From Octopus sinensis (Eukaryota), in NCBI RefSeq assembly GCF_006345805.1, contig NC_043021.1, positions 17,298,001-17,362,000 on the forward strand: a stretch of 64,000 bases of DNA. The letters are read 5' to 3'. Within the stretch, counting starts at the first letter, position 1. Each line of letters starts with the position of its first letter. Below the pieces are notes generated by a model, which saw only the letters and a list, made by a program, of their open reading frames with translations, was not told where the DNA came from and did not search any database. A program made the position numbers and the translations under genes. Below, piece after piece: positions 27,881 to 40,414 of the stretch.

Positions 27881-28280
27881 AGAATGCTACGCGCAGCTTA
27901 GCAGATAGGATATTCGGCTCCGGCTCACGAACATAAGGGCGCGAGTTCGATTCCCGCCGACGCGTTGTGTCCTTGAGCAAGACACTTTATTCCACATTGC
28001 TCCAGTCAACTCTGTTGGCAAAAATGGATTGTACATGTAATTCAAAAGGGGTCCAGCCTTGTCACATTCTGTGTCATGCTGAATCTCCCGACTACGTTAA
28101 GGGTTACGCGTGTCCGAGGAGTACTCAACCACTAGCACGTTAAAAAGACTCGTCGTTGTAATCGACGGAGGGCCGTCAAGTTGTCGTAGTGCGAGTAACA
28201 GTGAAGGCGCATGGCTCAGGGGCTAGAGCGTTGGGCTCACAATCACGAGGTTGAGAGTTCGATTCCCGGACCGGGATGTG

Positions 28281-28826
28281 AAATATTTTCCCCACGAAAG
28301 TTCCGGACCCCAGTAATGAACTCATTTGCATACAACCAATCAGAGCTCACCCTGACCTTGTTGTCAAGTTAACAAACAGACTCTACCAAGGAAATTCAAG
28401 ACGAAGAACGGTGTTGCTTTAAGTCGACCGATGGCCAAGTTATGTCTGGTTTTAGAAGAAAACAAGTAATTAGATAGATTTGCATCTATACCTATTATCG
28501 GATTTTGTTAGGGCCCCTTATGGTAAAGATGTGGATGGGAAAAATGTGGGTAGAGGGTGATGTGCTAGCAACCCCCTCCCCTTACTGTTTTACAAAGTAA
28601 ACAGCAACACAACTATGCAGAGGTAGCCATGGTTGGAACAAGAACAAGATCAAGGAGCATTATTAATAGAGAAGAGAAGCATGGTCATTCCTTACCCAAG
28701 TGACCTAATTTTATCGCCAATCACTCATTTTGTGCTCATTAGTTAGTTTGATGGTTGAACTCTGATTGGCTGTATGCAAATGAGTTCATAACTGGGGTCC
28801 GGAACTCTCGTGGGAAAAAAATTCGC
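28281..28826. mobile_element. MITE with ~70-bp TIRs inserted in a tRNA-derived SINE
   Basis: TIRs ccccacgaaagttccggaccccag..atttgcatacaaccaatcagag and its reverse complement; direct repeat gaccgggatgtg at 28269-28280 and 28827-28838; a further solo terminus at ~25172-25217. Confidence 0.8.
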
Positions 28827-30015
28827 GACCGGGATGTGTGCTGTGTTCTTGAGCAAGACACTTTATTTCACGTCGCTCCAGTTAACTCAGCTGTAGAAAT
28901 GAGTTGCGATGTCAGTGGTGCCAAGCTGTATCGGCCCCTTTGCCTTTCCCTCGGACAACATCGGTCCTGTGTAGAGGTGGGGTGTGGGTGGTATGCATGG
29001 GTGACTGCTGGACTGCCATAAAACAACCTTGCCCGGGGTTGTGCCTCGGACGGGGGCTTTCTAGGTACAGTCCCATGGTCATCCATGACCAAAGAGGGTC
29101 TTTACCCTTTACCCTTTTTACTAGTAACAGAAGCAGCAGCAGCAGCAGCAGTAGTAGTAGAGTAGTAGTAGTAGTAGTAGTTATAATTGTGGTGCAGATT
29201 GTTGCGGTGGTAGAGGTGACAGTAGATGCCGTTGAGCTGGCAGAAACGTTAGCACGCCGGGCGAAATGCGTAGCCGTATTTCGTCTGCCGTTACGTTCTG
29301 AGTTCAAATTCCGCCGAGGTCGACTTTGTCTTTCATCCTTTCGGGGTCGATAAATTAAGTACCAGTTACGCACTGGTGTCGATGTAATCAACTTAATCCG
29401 TTTGTCTGTCCTTGTTTGTCCTCTCTGTGTTTAGCTCCTTGTGGGTAGTAAAGAAATAAGAAACGTTAGCACGCCGGGCGAAATGCGTAGCCGTATTTCG
29501 TCTGCCGTTACGTTCTGAGTTCAAATTCCGCCGAGGTCGACTTTGCCTTTCATCCTTTCGGGGTTGATAAATTAAGTACCAGTTACGCACTGGGGACGAT
29601 GTAATCGACTTAATACCTATGTCTGTCCTTGTTTGTCCCCTCTGTGTTTAGCCCCTTGTGGGTAGTAAAGAAATAGGTAGAGGCGACAGTGAAGGTGGTG
29701 GTGGTGGTGGTGGCATTGGCGACGGCAGTGGCAACGGTGGAGGTGACGGCGACAGCGGCGGTTGCGGTGGCGGCGGTGGCGGTGGCGGCGGCGGCGGCGA
29801 TGGTGGCGACGACAACGGCAATGACGACGAAGGGCGGTGATGACGATGTTCGCCATCTTTTCCAATTCGGTGTGTTTTTATCTTTCAGAAATTTAAGGAA
29901 ACAAAATGGAGAAATGGAGGGAACTGTGTACTTCAGGACATCCTGACCATTGGCTGTGTGTTTAAAGGGCTTTTGTATTACCTCTACACTTCAATTACAT
30001 ACACTCCTACCGGAG

Positions 30016-30065
<50 letters not shown>

Positions 30066-30126
30066 TGTGTGAGTGCATGTGTATTTCCCACCGAATATGT
30101 ATGTATGTATGTATATATGTATAAGC

Positions 30127-30169
<43 letters not shown>

Positions 30170-30353
30170 TACGTATAGACATATACATACATACTTATAC
30201 ACACACACACGCACACACACACACATATATATATATACATGCATATATATATATGTATATATGCATATATATGTATACATATGAATATATATATACGTAT
30301 ATATATATATACATATGTATATATATATGTATATGTATATGTATATATGTATT

Positions 30354-30390
<37 letters not shown>

Positions 30391-30782
30391 ATATGTATAT
30401 ATATATATATACGCGTGTGTGTGTGCATGTTTATATATACATGTATATATATATATATGTATTTGTTTGTGTGTGTGTGTGTATTGTTATATCTGTTGGT
30501 AGCGAGCTCTTATTAGAAGAAAAGGCCACTTAACCGCCCAGTCTCATTAACGCGCGCGCACACACACACACACACACGCGCGCGCGCACACGCACACACG
30601 CACACACATGCACGAATACACGAAATACAAAATAAAGCAATGTGTGTGTGTGTATGTGGTGCATCTGTGTGCTTTAATGTGTTCATGAGAAGGTATTTGT
30701 ATGTATGCATGTACGTATGCATGTGTGTGTGTATGAATGCATATATGCATATATGTATATATGCACACATTTTTGTGTGCAT

Positions 30783-30954
30783 AGGCGCAGAAGTGGCTGT
30801 GTGGTAAGTAGCTGGCTAACCAACCACATGGTTCCGGGTTCAGTCCCACTGCGTGGCATCTTGGGCAAATGTCTTCTGCTATAGCCCCGGGCCGACCAAT
30901 GCCTTGTGAGTGGATTTGGTAGACGGAAACTGAAAGAAGCCTGTCGTATATATG

Positions 30955-30999
<45 letters not shown>

Positions 31000-31219
31000 G
31001 TGTGTGTGTTTGTGTGTCTGTGTTTGTCCCCCCTAGCATTGCTTGACAGCCGATGCTTGTGTGTTTACGTCCCCGTCACTTAGCGGTTCGGCAAAAGAGA
31101 CCGATAGAATAAGTACTGGGCTTACAAAGAATAAGTCCCGGGGTCGATTTGCTCGACTAAAGGCGGTGCTCCAGCATGGCCGCAGTCAAATGACTGAAAC
31201 AAGTAAAAGAGTAAAAGAG
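30783..31219 (+). mobile_element. SINE family B (GTGGCTGTGTGGTAAG..GTTCAGTCCC head, internal TA/TG microsatellite, AGTAAAAG tail)
   Basis: Near-identical copies at 10771-11170, 20437-20830, 49861-50262, 51324-51723; minus copies at ~2090-2530, 16850-17230, 34260-34680, 55660-55900. Confidence 0.9.
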
Positions 31220-31364
31220 TGTGTATGTTATGTATGCATGTGTGGTGTATACTTGTAGGCATGTTTCTATACATGTATGTTATGTATGTATGTACGTATG
31301 TGTGTTTTCTTTGTCTGTATATATGCCTGTTACATATGTATGCTTGTGTCTATGTATGTATATC

Positions 31365-31421
<57 letters not shown>

Positions 31422-33064
31422 GTATGTATGTATGTATGTATGTATGTATGTATGTATGTGTGTTCGTATGTGTGTATGAGTATTTATATGTTTGTATATA
31501 TGTATATTTGTGTACATGAAAGGCGGCGAGCTGGTAGAATCGTTAGCGCCCTGGACGAAATGCTTAGCGGTATTTCGTCTGCCGTTACGTTCTGAGTTCA
31601 AATTCCGCCGAGGTCGACTTTGCCTTTCATCCTTTCGGGGTCGATAAATTAAGTACCAGTTACGCACTGGGGTCGATATAATTGACTTAATACCTATGTC
31701 TGTCTTTGTTTGTCCCCTCTGTGTTTAGCCCCTTGTGGGTAATAAAGAAATATGTATATATGTATATTTGTACAAATGTTTATTTGTGCAAATGTATATT
31801 ACATATGTATATATGTATGTATAGCTCGAAACGTCGAAGATTTTTCCATTCTCCCCAAGCGTCACACTAACATACCTGTTTTTTGTTCACTCACCTGTTT
31901 TCATCTTTGTTTTCTATAAATTTGAACTATATATTTCCAAAGACTCCGCCGGTTACGACGACGAGGGTCCCAGCTGATACGATCAACAGAACAGCTTGCT
32001 CGTGAAATTAACGTGCAAATGGCTGAGCATTCCACAGACACGTGTACCCTTAACGTAGTTCTCGGGGATAATCAGCGTGACACAGAGAGTGACAAGGCTG
32101 ACCCTTTGAAATACAAGTACAACTCATTTTTGCTAGCTGAGTGGACTGGAGCAACGTGAAATAAAGTGTCTTGCTCAAGGACACAACGCGTCGCCGGGAA
32201 TCGAACTCACAACCTTACGATCATGAGCCGAATGCTCTAACCACTAAGCCACGCGCCCTCACACTATATATTTAAATATGTTCGTATGCATGTTTTCTTT
32301 GATATTTATTGAAATTCTTAAGGTCGACTTTGTCTTTCATCCTTTCGGTGGGGGGCGGGGTTCGATTAAATAAGTACCAGTTACGCATTGGGGTCGATGT
32401 AATCTACTTAATCCCTCCCCTCAAATTTGAAGCCTTGTGCTTCCAGTACAAAGGATATTTATTGAAGTTCTTAATAGCATTTGTGAGTTAAAACAATTTC
32501 TGGTTTTAGTAAATATGTGGTTAATTCAGTGTGTATATATACGAAGGTGTATACACATGCACTAACGTTCTGTGTGGACCTCTTCCTTTAGGAGTGAGAT
32601 CAGTGGTACTCAACCACTTTTTTGTCCATGGACTTCTTCTACTTCTGTTTTACTCTCCTGGGCCGCCAAAGCCATTCAATGTATATAAAAAAATCTTTTA
32701 TACTCTTACTTTTATAATTAAATGTTACTATTAAGGCGGCGAGCTGGCAGAAACGTTAGCGCGCCGGGCGAAATGCTTGGGGGCATTTCGTCCGTCCTTA
32801 CGTTCGGAGTTCGAATGCCACTGAGGTCCGACTTTGCCGTTCATCCTTTCGGGATCGATAAAATAAGTAATTGGGTCGATATAAGAGATTAACTTCCTAC
32901 CCCAACCAAACTTTAGGTCTTGTATCCATACCAGAAAGGATAAAAAAATAAAAATATTTTGTGCGCTGCAGAAGTGTAACTGATTTTGAACTCAGAACGT
33001 AACGGCAGACGAAATACGGTTACGCATTTCGCCCGGCATGCTAACGTTTCTGCCAGCTCGCCTT

Positions 33065-33330
33065 AGGTATAGCAAGGAGACTGTCTCCCTGCATTGCAGG
33101 GTAGGGCCACTCTTCCAAAACGATGGCTCCCTGACGGGAAACTCAATGACGATAAGTGAAACACTGAATGAACAGTTCAAAAGTGTCTTTACCCCACCCC
33201 TACGGTTTATGCAAGTTAGTAAACTAGTAGGATAGGATTATTTACCGCTACAGAAGCTGAAAGGGAGGCAGTAAGAATTGATTACATCAACATTGAACAA
33301 AAGGATGTAATGCTAGCAATTGATGATGTA
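33065..33330 (+). mobile_element. CR1-type LINE remnant
   Basis: VGPLFQNDGSLTG..SETLNEQFKSVFT. Confidence 0.6.
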
Positions 33331-33415
33331 CGCTCCTTCACTAGACGGCGATATGGCATTTGTGGATCTCAGGGTCTGTGGTTCGCATCGCTTTGTCGCC
33401 CGATTCATTGCTTAC

Positions 33416-33530
33416 GTGGCACACATTTCACTCGATGAGGGCGGACTTGTTGGGTCGACGTGAACTTAACGATGACGATAACAACAACAACAACAGCAAC
33501 ACTAGCAACGATTAGAGCAACTGCACCTCT
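33416..33530 (-). CDS. Putative exon encoding a signal-anchor TM helix (RGAVALIVASVAVVVVVIVIVKFTSTQQVRPHRVKCVP)
   Basis: Acceptor caattttctgtgcAG, donor CAC|GTAAGC, 115 nt; about 20 hydrophobic residues flanked by R and K. Part of the helix is a (GTT)n microsatellite, which weakens the call. Confidence 0.6.
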
Positions 33531-33782
33531 CTGCACAGAAAATTGTTCGGATCAAATGAAGAAATGAGTGGTGGTTTCGTGTGACTAATCATCGATGTTT
33601 AACCAACAACAGCTGACTTCTACTGCAAAATGTGTTCAGGAGTAATTTTAATTAAAACAACAACACAAAAAATAAGAAAAAAAAAAACCTCAACAAAAAT
33701 CAACGAAAACCACCCCCCCCCCCAAGCAATCTCAACTAATTACTCGGCTATTTCGGATGACATTTACAAGAAGTTGATTTAC

Positions 33783-33830
33783 CGGTATATTAAACAAATT
33801 AGATCTGAATAATGCAAGAATTTTCTCCAT
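33783..33830 (-). CDS. Putative first coding exon of a type II membrane protein (MEKILALFRSNLFNIP)
   Basis: ATG in gggcgATGG context, donor CCG|GTAAAT, phase 0 matches the next exon. Confidence 0.5.
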
Positions 33831-34464
33831 CGCCCTTCTCTCTCTCTTTCTCTCCTCCCATCTCTCTCTCCCTCACCTTCTCTCATTCTCTCTCGTTCCA
33901 TCTCTCCCATCGCCCCCCCAAACACATCTACAGCGAATTCTCAATATCTTCTACTGTAGTTATAACTAATTCTTCGGTTCTTCCTTTGACCGTAACGATT
34001 AGAAAAATAAACAAACAAATCCAAGAATTGCTATTAATTATTTACATTATCTATATTAATTATCAATATTATGCAAAGGACAAACAAATCAAGACAACCA
34101 GACGAACATAGGGGACCGTGTCAATAGACTCTTGCGAAACTGTATCCCAGAATTCCTTGCTATAAGTACACGATGCCGTGTTTGAAGATGGTTGTCTTTG
34201 GGATTCGATGGCAACCATATTCTTCTAGAATCCTGGTTTCTTTCCCTTTTACCAACGTCGTATTCCGGTCATCAGACAGCGGCCATGCTGGGGCATCGAT
34301 TTCGAAAATTTTAGTCGAATCAACCATCGACCCTAGTACTTATTCTTGTTTTAAGCCTCATACTTATACTATTGGTCTCTTTTGTTGAACCGCTAAGTTA
34401 GAGAGGCGTAGACACACCGACACCAGAGTGTCAAGCAGTGGTGGGGAACAAACGCGAACACAAA

Positions 34465-34496
<32 letters not shown>

Positions 34497-35359
34497 ACAC
34501 ACACACACCACACACACACATACAATACACACACACACACATACGTACGTACATACATACACGACAGACTTCTTGCAGTTTCCGTCTACCAAATTCACTC
34601 ACAAGGCTATAGTAGAAGATACTTGCTCAAGGTGCCACGCAGTGGGACAGAACCCAGAGCCATGTGGTTGGGAAGCAAGTTTCTTATTTCTTTATGGCCC
34701 ACAAGGGGCTAAACATAGAGGGGACAAACAAGGACAGACAAAGGGAGTAGGTCGATTACATCGACCTCAGTGCGTAACTGGTACTTAATTTATCGACCCC
34801 GAAAGGATGAAAGGCAAAGTCGGACTCGGCGGAATTTGAACTCAGAACATAACGGCAGACGAAATACCTATTTCTTTACTACCCACAAGGGGCTAAACAC
34901 AGGGGGGACAAACAAGGACAGACAAACGGATTAAGTCGATTACATCGACCCCAGTGCGTAACTGGTACTTAATTTATCGACCCCGGAGGGATGAAAGACA
35001 AAGTCGACCTCGGCGGAATTTGAACTCAGAACGTAACGGCAGACGAAATACCGCTGAGCATTTCGTCCGGCGTGCTAACGCCTTCTGCCAGGTTACCGCA
35101 AGCTTCTAACCACACAGTAACTTTGCTGACTTCTCATTCCAGTCCTTGATGAACAGCTTCTGTTAGGGACAGGGACATGCGAATGGTTGGTTGGAAAAGT
35201 CAAGTATTAATCTACGTGTATTTCTATTTTCTTGTAACCCCTGGTAGAATCGATTGCGTCACTCCTTCATATCTTTAATCCTCCACCAATAGGCGGCAGG
35301 AAGCTTTCACTATCTATGATGGGCAGTGTTTGTGTCGTTCTTCAGACTGGTCATCAGCT

Positions 35360-35859
35360 AAGGTGGCGAGTTGGCAGAATGGTTAGCACGCCGGACGAAA
35401 TGCTTAGCGGTATTTCGTCTGCCGCTATGTTCTGAGTTCAAATTCCGCCGAGGTCGACTTTGCCTTTCATCCTTTCGGGGTCGATTAAATTAAGTACCAG
35501 TTAAGCACTGGGGTCGATGTAATCGACTTAATCCTTTTGTCTGTCCTTGTTTGTCCCTTCTGTGTTTAGCCCCTTGTGGGTAATAAAGAACTAGGTATTT
35601 CGTCTGCCGCTGCGTTCTGAGTTCAAATTTCGTCGAGGTCGACTTTGCCTTTTGTCGACTAATCCTTTTGTCTGTCCTTGTTTGTCCCTTATGTGTTTAG
35701 CCCCTTGTGGGTAGTAAAAAAATAAGTATTTCGTCCGTCTTTACGTTCTGAGTTCAAATTCCGCTGAGGTCGACTTTGCTTTTCATCCTTTCGGATGATA
35801 AATTAAGTACCAGTTGCGTACTTCCCTAAAATTTCGGGCCTTGTGCCTACAGTAGAAAA
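35360..35859 (+). mobile_element. SINE family A head-to-tail multimer bounded by a single TSD
   Basis: ga(c/t)tggtcatcagct at 35345-35359 and 35860-35874. Confidence 0.85.
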
Positions 35860-36429
35860 GATTGGTCATCAGCTGGTCTTTCCACGTTTCTGATGGCCAC
35901 GGTCTAGCTCACCGCAGAGAATCCTGTACAATGGTTTAGCGCTTGACCCAGGTGTGATGTGCTTACGATCGTTAGATCGCGGGTTCGATTCTTCGACCAG
36001 GCGGCGTTTTTGTTTCCTTGATTTCACATTGTTCTATTTTGCATATCTCAAAGCGAGTACCAGAGACAACTGGTAACTGGCATCCCATTGAGGGCGTCCC
36101 ATTGAAGGCGTCTTATTGAGGGCGTCCCATTAAGACAGTTGCAATGATTTGCATTTCACTGAGGGCGAGCTTTATAATCTCGATTACCTGAACTATTTAA
36201 AAATCCGGATAAGCTTAGGTCTCATAAATCACTAAGCCTGTGACGGATAGGCAATGACGTATGAAACCTTACTAGAGGACCAGGTACTCCATGGTCATCG
36301 CTTGACAGGAAGACCAAATCTACAACAACAACAAAAAAGCATAAAGATGAGATGAAGGCTACTTTGAAGAGGAGCCACATCAATCCTTCAAGAGTGGAAG
36401 ACTCAACTATCCATCGTACACACTGACTC

Positions 36430-36800
36430 TGCCAGACCGAACACTTCTTTGCAGATGCAGCGGAAGCTCCTGAGGTTTGACCGGGAAGTTTTGCCGCATC
36501 CTCCATATTCGCTCGATCTTGCGTCTTCTGATTTCCGCCTGGTTCGGTCTCCACAAATTTCATTGAATGGACAGACCTTCAACTCTGAAAAGAGAGGTAA
36601 AAATTCACCCGGAGGAGTTTTCCACCAGTAAAGATAGTAAATTCTTTGAACGGGAAATAAATGAATCTGCCTGCAAGATGGCGGAAGATATTTGAACGAA
36701 ACGGTAATTATATCATTGATTGAATAAATTGCTTTGAGCTTAAAATTTGTGTCTTATTTTCGCTTAACAACATACTGAACAACTTTTGGCCTACCCAATA
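36430..36800 (+). mobile_element. Mariner 3' half with TIR
   Basis: EVLPHPPYSLDLASSDF..NGQTFNSE..W..I.E.NGNYI; terminus aacttttggcctacccaa followed by TA. Confidence 0.8.
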
Positions 36801-36977
36801 TATATATATATATATATTAATATATATATATATATATATATACATACATATATGCAGGGATAGCAATAAGTCGCTTTACCCAATTCGGTATTATTAGAAA
36901 TGAGTAAAGCGACTTATGGCCATCCTTGTATATGTGTATGTGTGTGTAATGACACATAATCTACATTCACATATATA

Positions 36978-37513
36978 CAGGGTGTCCCCAAAAAATGTAT
37001 ACACACCTTAAATAATTGTAAATTTGGGGTTTATTATAATTCGAATAATTTTCAACATGTAAAAGAATTTACAAATATCATTCTATTGTCTTGTTATCGC
37101 ATGTTCTCAAACTGATGTCCGTTCTGCTCCAGACACTGCTGACAACGCGAAGCGATGGAATGGCACACATCATGGAACAATTCCCTTGGGATATTCGTAC
37201 ATTCATGTTCAATGGTTGCCTTCAATTGAACGACTGTTGCAGGTTTCTGTGCGTAGACTTTGTCCTTTAGGTATCCCCATAAAAAGAAGTCTAGTGGTGT
37301 GAGGTCTGGTGAACGTGGAGGGTATTCGACAAAACCTCTCCGTCCAATCCACCTGTTTGGCAAGATCCCATCAAGAAAGGTTCTAACATCGCGATGGTAG
37401 TGTGGAGGTGCCCAATCTTGCTGGAAATAAAACTCTTCCTGTTCAAAGTCCTCTCTAATGCTTGGCATGACAGACTGTTGCAGTCTGTGTGTACATTTTT
37501 TTGGGACACCCTG
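36978..37513 (-). mobile_element. Internally deleted Tc1/mariner element with both TIRs and TA target duplication
   Basis: TIRs CAGGGTGTCCCCAAAAAATGTA and tacattttttgggacaccCTG; intact frame FQQDWAPPHY..WIGRR..YPPRSPDLTPLDFFLWG. Confidence 0.9.
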
Positions 37514-38450
37514 TATATAACACAAACACGAACACGTACATACGCGCATACACAAAACCATGCACATACACATATATACATATTTACACGCACCAACTCA
37601 ACTTTCTCATAATATGAAAAAAAAATATAGAAATCATATTATTGACCTTTCTGTGCAAGAATTACATATTTCATATTTATTACCTCAATACTCAATTAAC
37701 AAGTTGGATTAATTAGGATTAATTATGGCATAGCGTTTCTCCTGTGTTATACATTAATTGATGGAACTCGACCCCCAGGCGGTGCTGTTAAGTGAATCAT
37801 AATTAACAATCATAATAATGATTTTTCTGAAATAGGCCCAAGGCCAGCATTATCATGTGTAGAGCGTTAGTCGATTACATTACCATCGCCCCCAGTATCT
37901 GACTGGTACCTTTTATTTTATCGATGTCTGAAAGGATGAAAGACAACGTTGACTTCGGCCTGATTTGAACTCAGAAGATGAAGAGCTGCGAGAAATGCCA
38001 CAAAGCATTTTCCCGACGCTCTACCGATTCTTATTTCTTTATTGCCCACAAGGGGCTAAACATAGAGAGGAGACAAACAAGGACAGACAAAGGGATTAAG
38101 TCGATCATATCAACCCCAGTGCGTAACTGGTACTTAGTTTATCGACCCCCGAAAGGATGAAAGGCAAAGTCGACCTCGGCGGAATTTGAACTCAGAACGT
38201 AACGGCAGACGAAATACCTATTTCTTTATTACCCACAAGGGGCTAAACACAGAGGGGACAAACAAGGACAGACAAAGGGATTAAGTCGATCATATCAACC
38301 CCAGTGCGTAACTGGTACTTAATTTATCGACCCCGAAAGGATGAAAGGCAAAGTCGACCTCGGCGGAATTTGAACTCAGAACGTAATGGGGGACGAAATA
38401 CCGCTAAGCATTTCGCCCGGCGTGCTAACGATTCTGCCATCTCGTCGTTC

Positions 38451-38488
<38 letters not shown>

Positions 38489-38853
38489 AGTAGTAGTAGT
38501 CCTTTCTACTAAAGGTGCAAGAGTTAGGCCCCATGACACTGGTCATATTGGAGCTATGTACACCCAATGGTGATCGTTAACATTTTATGTGGGTTGATCT
38601 AGTAAAAAACCCTGCTTTCATTCAAGATACTCCAGTTTCTGTTGGTTACAATAAAACATTTCTGTTTGTGAAGCACTTTTCTTTTGAATATCTCTTATTT
38701 CATAGACTAATTTGTTTCTTTCCAGTAACATATTGAACCTACGTTCGTTGAATCATAGATTTTTTATTCTGTCTATGGAACCATATTAAACGAAGTAGTA
38801 ATGTATTTCTTTTAGGGCGAACAAAGAATCATGGGAATTTGTGATAACGGATT

Positions 38854-38904
38854 TTTGTCAGTGAACAGGCCGCGGTCTTATAGCGACGAAAATATTTTGA
38901 CAAA
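38854..38904 (+). ncRNA. Minimal type I hammerhead-like motif, G3-C8 variant core
   Basis: tttgtca-GTGAACA-g-gccgc-ggtcttata-gcgac-GAAA-a-ta-t-t-t-tgacaaa: 7-bp stem I, AATATT palindromic stem III, UUU triplet. Confidence 0.62.
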
Positions 38905-39046
38905 TAAAACTTAAATGTTGAAGTGAATCGAACGGCTTTTGTGTTTTTCTTAAATGGCTTACAAACACCTTCCACGCTGCAATTGTTTTCGTTCCAGCAC
39001 AAGATCTCAGATCAAATCACTTGCTATGCAAGTACATCTCCGTAAT

Positions 39047-39418
39047 GGAAATGGAAGCACTCCGTCGGTTATGACGACGAGGGTTCCGGTTGATCCTGCT
39101 CGTGAAATTAACGTGTAAGTGGCTGAGCACTCCACAGACACGTGTACCCTTAACGTAGTTCTCGGGGATATTCAGCGTGACACAGAGAGTGACAAGGCCG
39201 GCCCTTTGAAATACAGGTACAGCAGAAACAGGAAGTAAGAGTGAGAGAAAGTTGTGGTGAAAGAGTACAGCAGGGATCACCACCATCCCCTGCCGGAGCG
39301 TCGTGGAGCTTTAGGTGTTTTCGCTCAATAAACACTCACAACGCCTTTCTGGGAATCGAAACCGCGATCCTATGACCGCGAGTCCGCTGCCCTAACCACT
39401 GGGCCATTGCGCCTCCAC
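39047..39418 (-). mobile_element. SINE family D, tRNA-Arg(TCG)-derived, with 13-bp TSD, inserted in the G3-C8/PLE element
   Basis: TSD acatctccgtaat (39034-39046 and 39419-39431); copies at 44723-45010, 55266-55650, 31945-32260, 25885-26170. Confidence 0.9.
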
Positions 39419-39439
39419 ACATCTCCGTAATAGACTTTA

Positions 39440-39880
39440 TGGAAACCGAATATTTGGTAAGGCCTCATTTCATCTTTGCTTTGATATACAAATGCCTTTT
39501 AAAATTCCGGTTTTGCTTACAAACTGTTTTAACAGTTAATTCCAGATGGTCAACACATCTTTCTTTCAAGTACTACACGTATCTGGACAGCGTTATGGTA
39601 TTCCTCATCTCATTTCTGAATGAGCTTTCTAATATGCCAATATAGTATTTATGGTTTTTGTATTACCTTTGATTCTTAGATACTTTTCGTTAACCATTTT
39701 CCATATATTCCCGACATCTTGGATGCTCTTAGGACTGGTTCCTCGAAGTTTACACTTCATTTTGTTGCTGACATTATCTTGACATCTATAACTAATTTTG
39801 ACGTTGTTTTTGCTAAACAGCTTTTGGGAAATGTATTCGTTTGTTGAAGGGCAAGTGAAACAAGACTGTATTGCGTCACC
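39440..39880 (-). mobile_element. Decayed Penelope-like linker/GIY-YIG endonuclease region
   Basis: LFSKNNVKISYRC followed, in another frame, by YYIGI.ESSF..RNTITLSRYV*YLKE; stops and frameshifts present. Confidence 0.55.
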
Positions 39881-39902
39881 CATCCAAATCTAGCCGGTAT
39901 GT

Positions 39903-39960
<58 letters not shown>

Positions 39961-40414
39961 CAGTTTTTAATAACCATTTGGCAATTTTTGAAGAATAGCC
40001 TAGTTGGGTGCAGGTTTCTAAAAGGTCAATCATTAGTCCACTGTATTCCTGATTGTGAGAATAACAAGGGAGCATCTGTAACCCGATGCAGCATAAAAAC
40101 ATATATATTCGCTGCCTAACCACATGATTCTGGGTTCAGTCCCACTGTGTGACACCTTGAGCAGCAAGTGTCTTCTACTATAGGGCCGACCAACGCCTTG
40201 TGAGTGGATATATATTATATATATATATATATATATACAAATTGAGATAGGGGTTGTAAATGCAACCCTCTATGGGATAACGTATATCCAATATACTGCT
40301 AGTGAAGTACCCAATAAAGTTAATACATAAATGTTAATGATTGCGATGCAATCAATTCATTTACTGTATTATATGGGCAAAGGTAAAATGATTTACCGCA
40401 AATTACTAATACCA

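Noticed and set aside
27009-27908. 299-aa poly-Val ORF
   Set aside because: It is a GTN minisatellite; a 270-residue aliphatic run is implausible and several frames are open by default.
29889-30017. Acceptor plus open frame containing LQDILTIGC (like PAK LTDVVTETC)
   Set aside because: Wrong phase and length, no ME hinge in frame, and the donor lies only inside a (TG)n tract.
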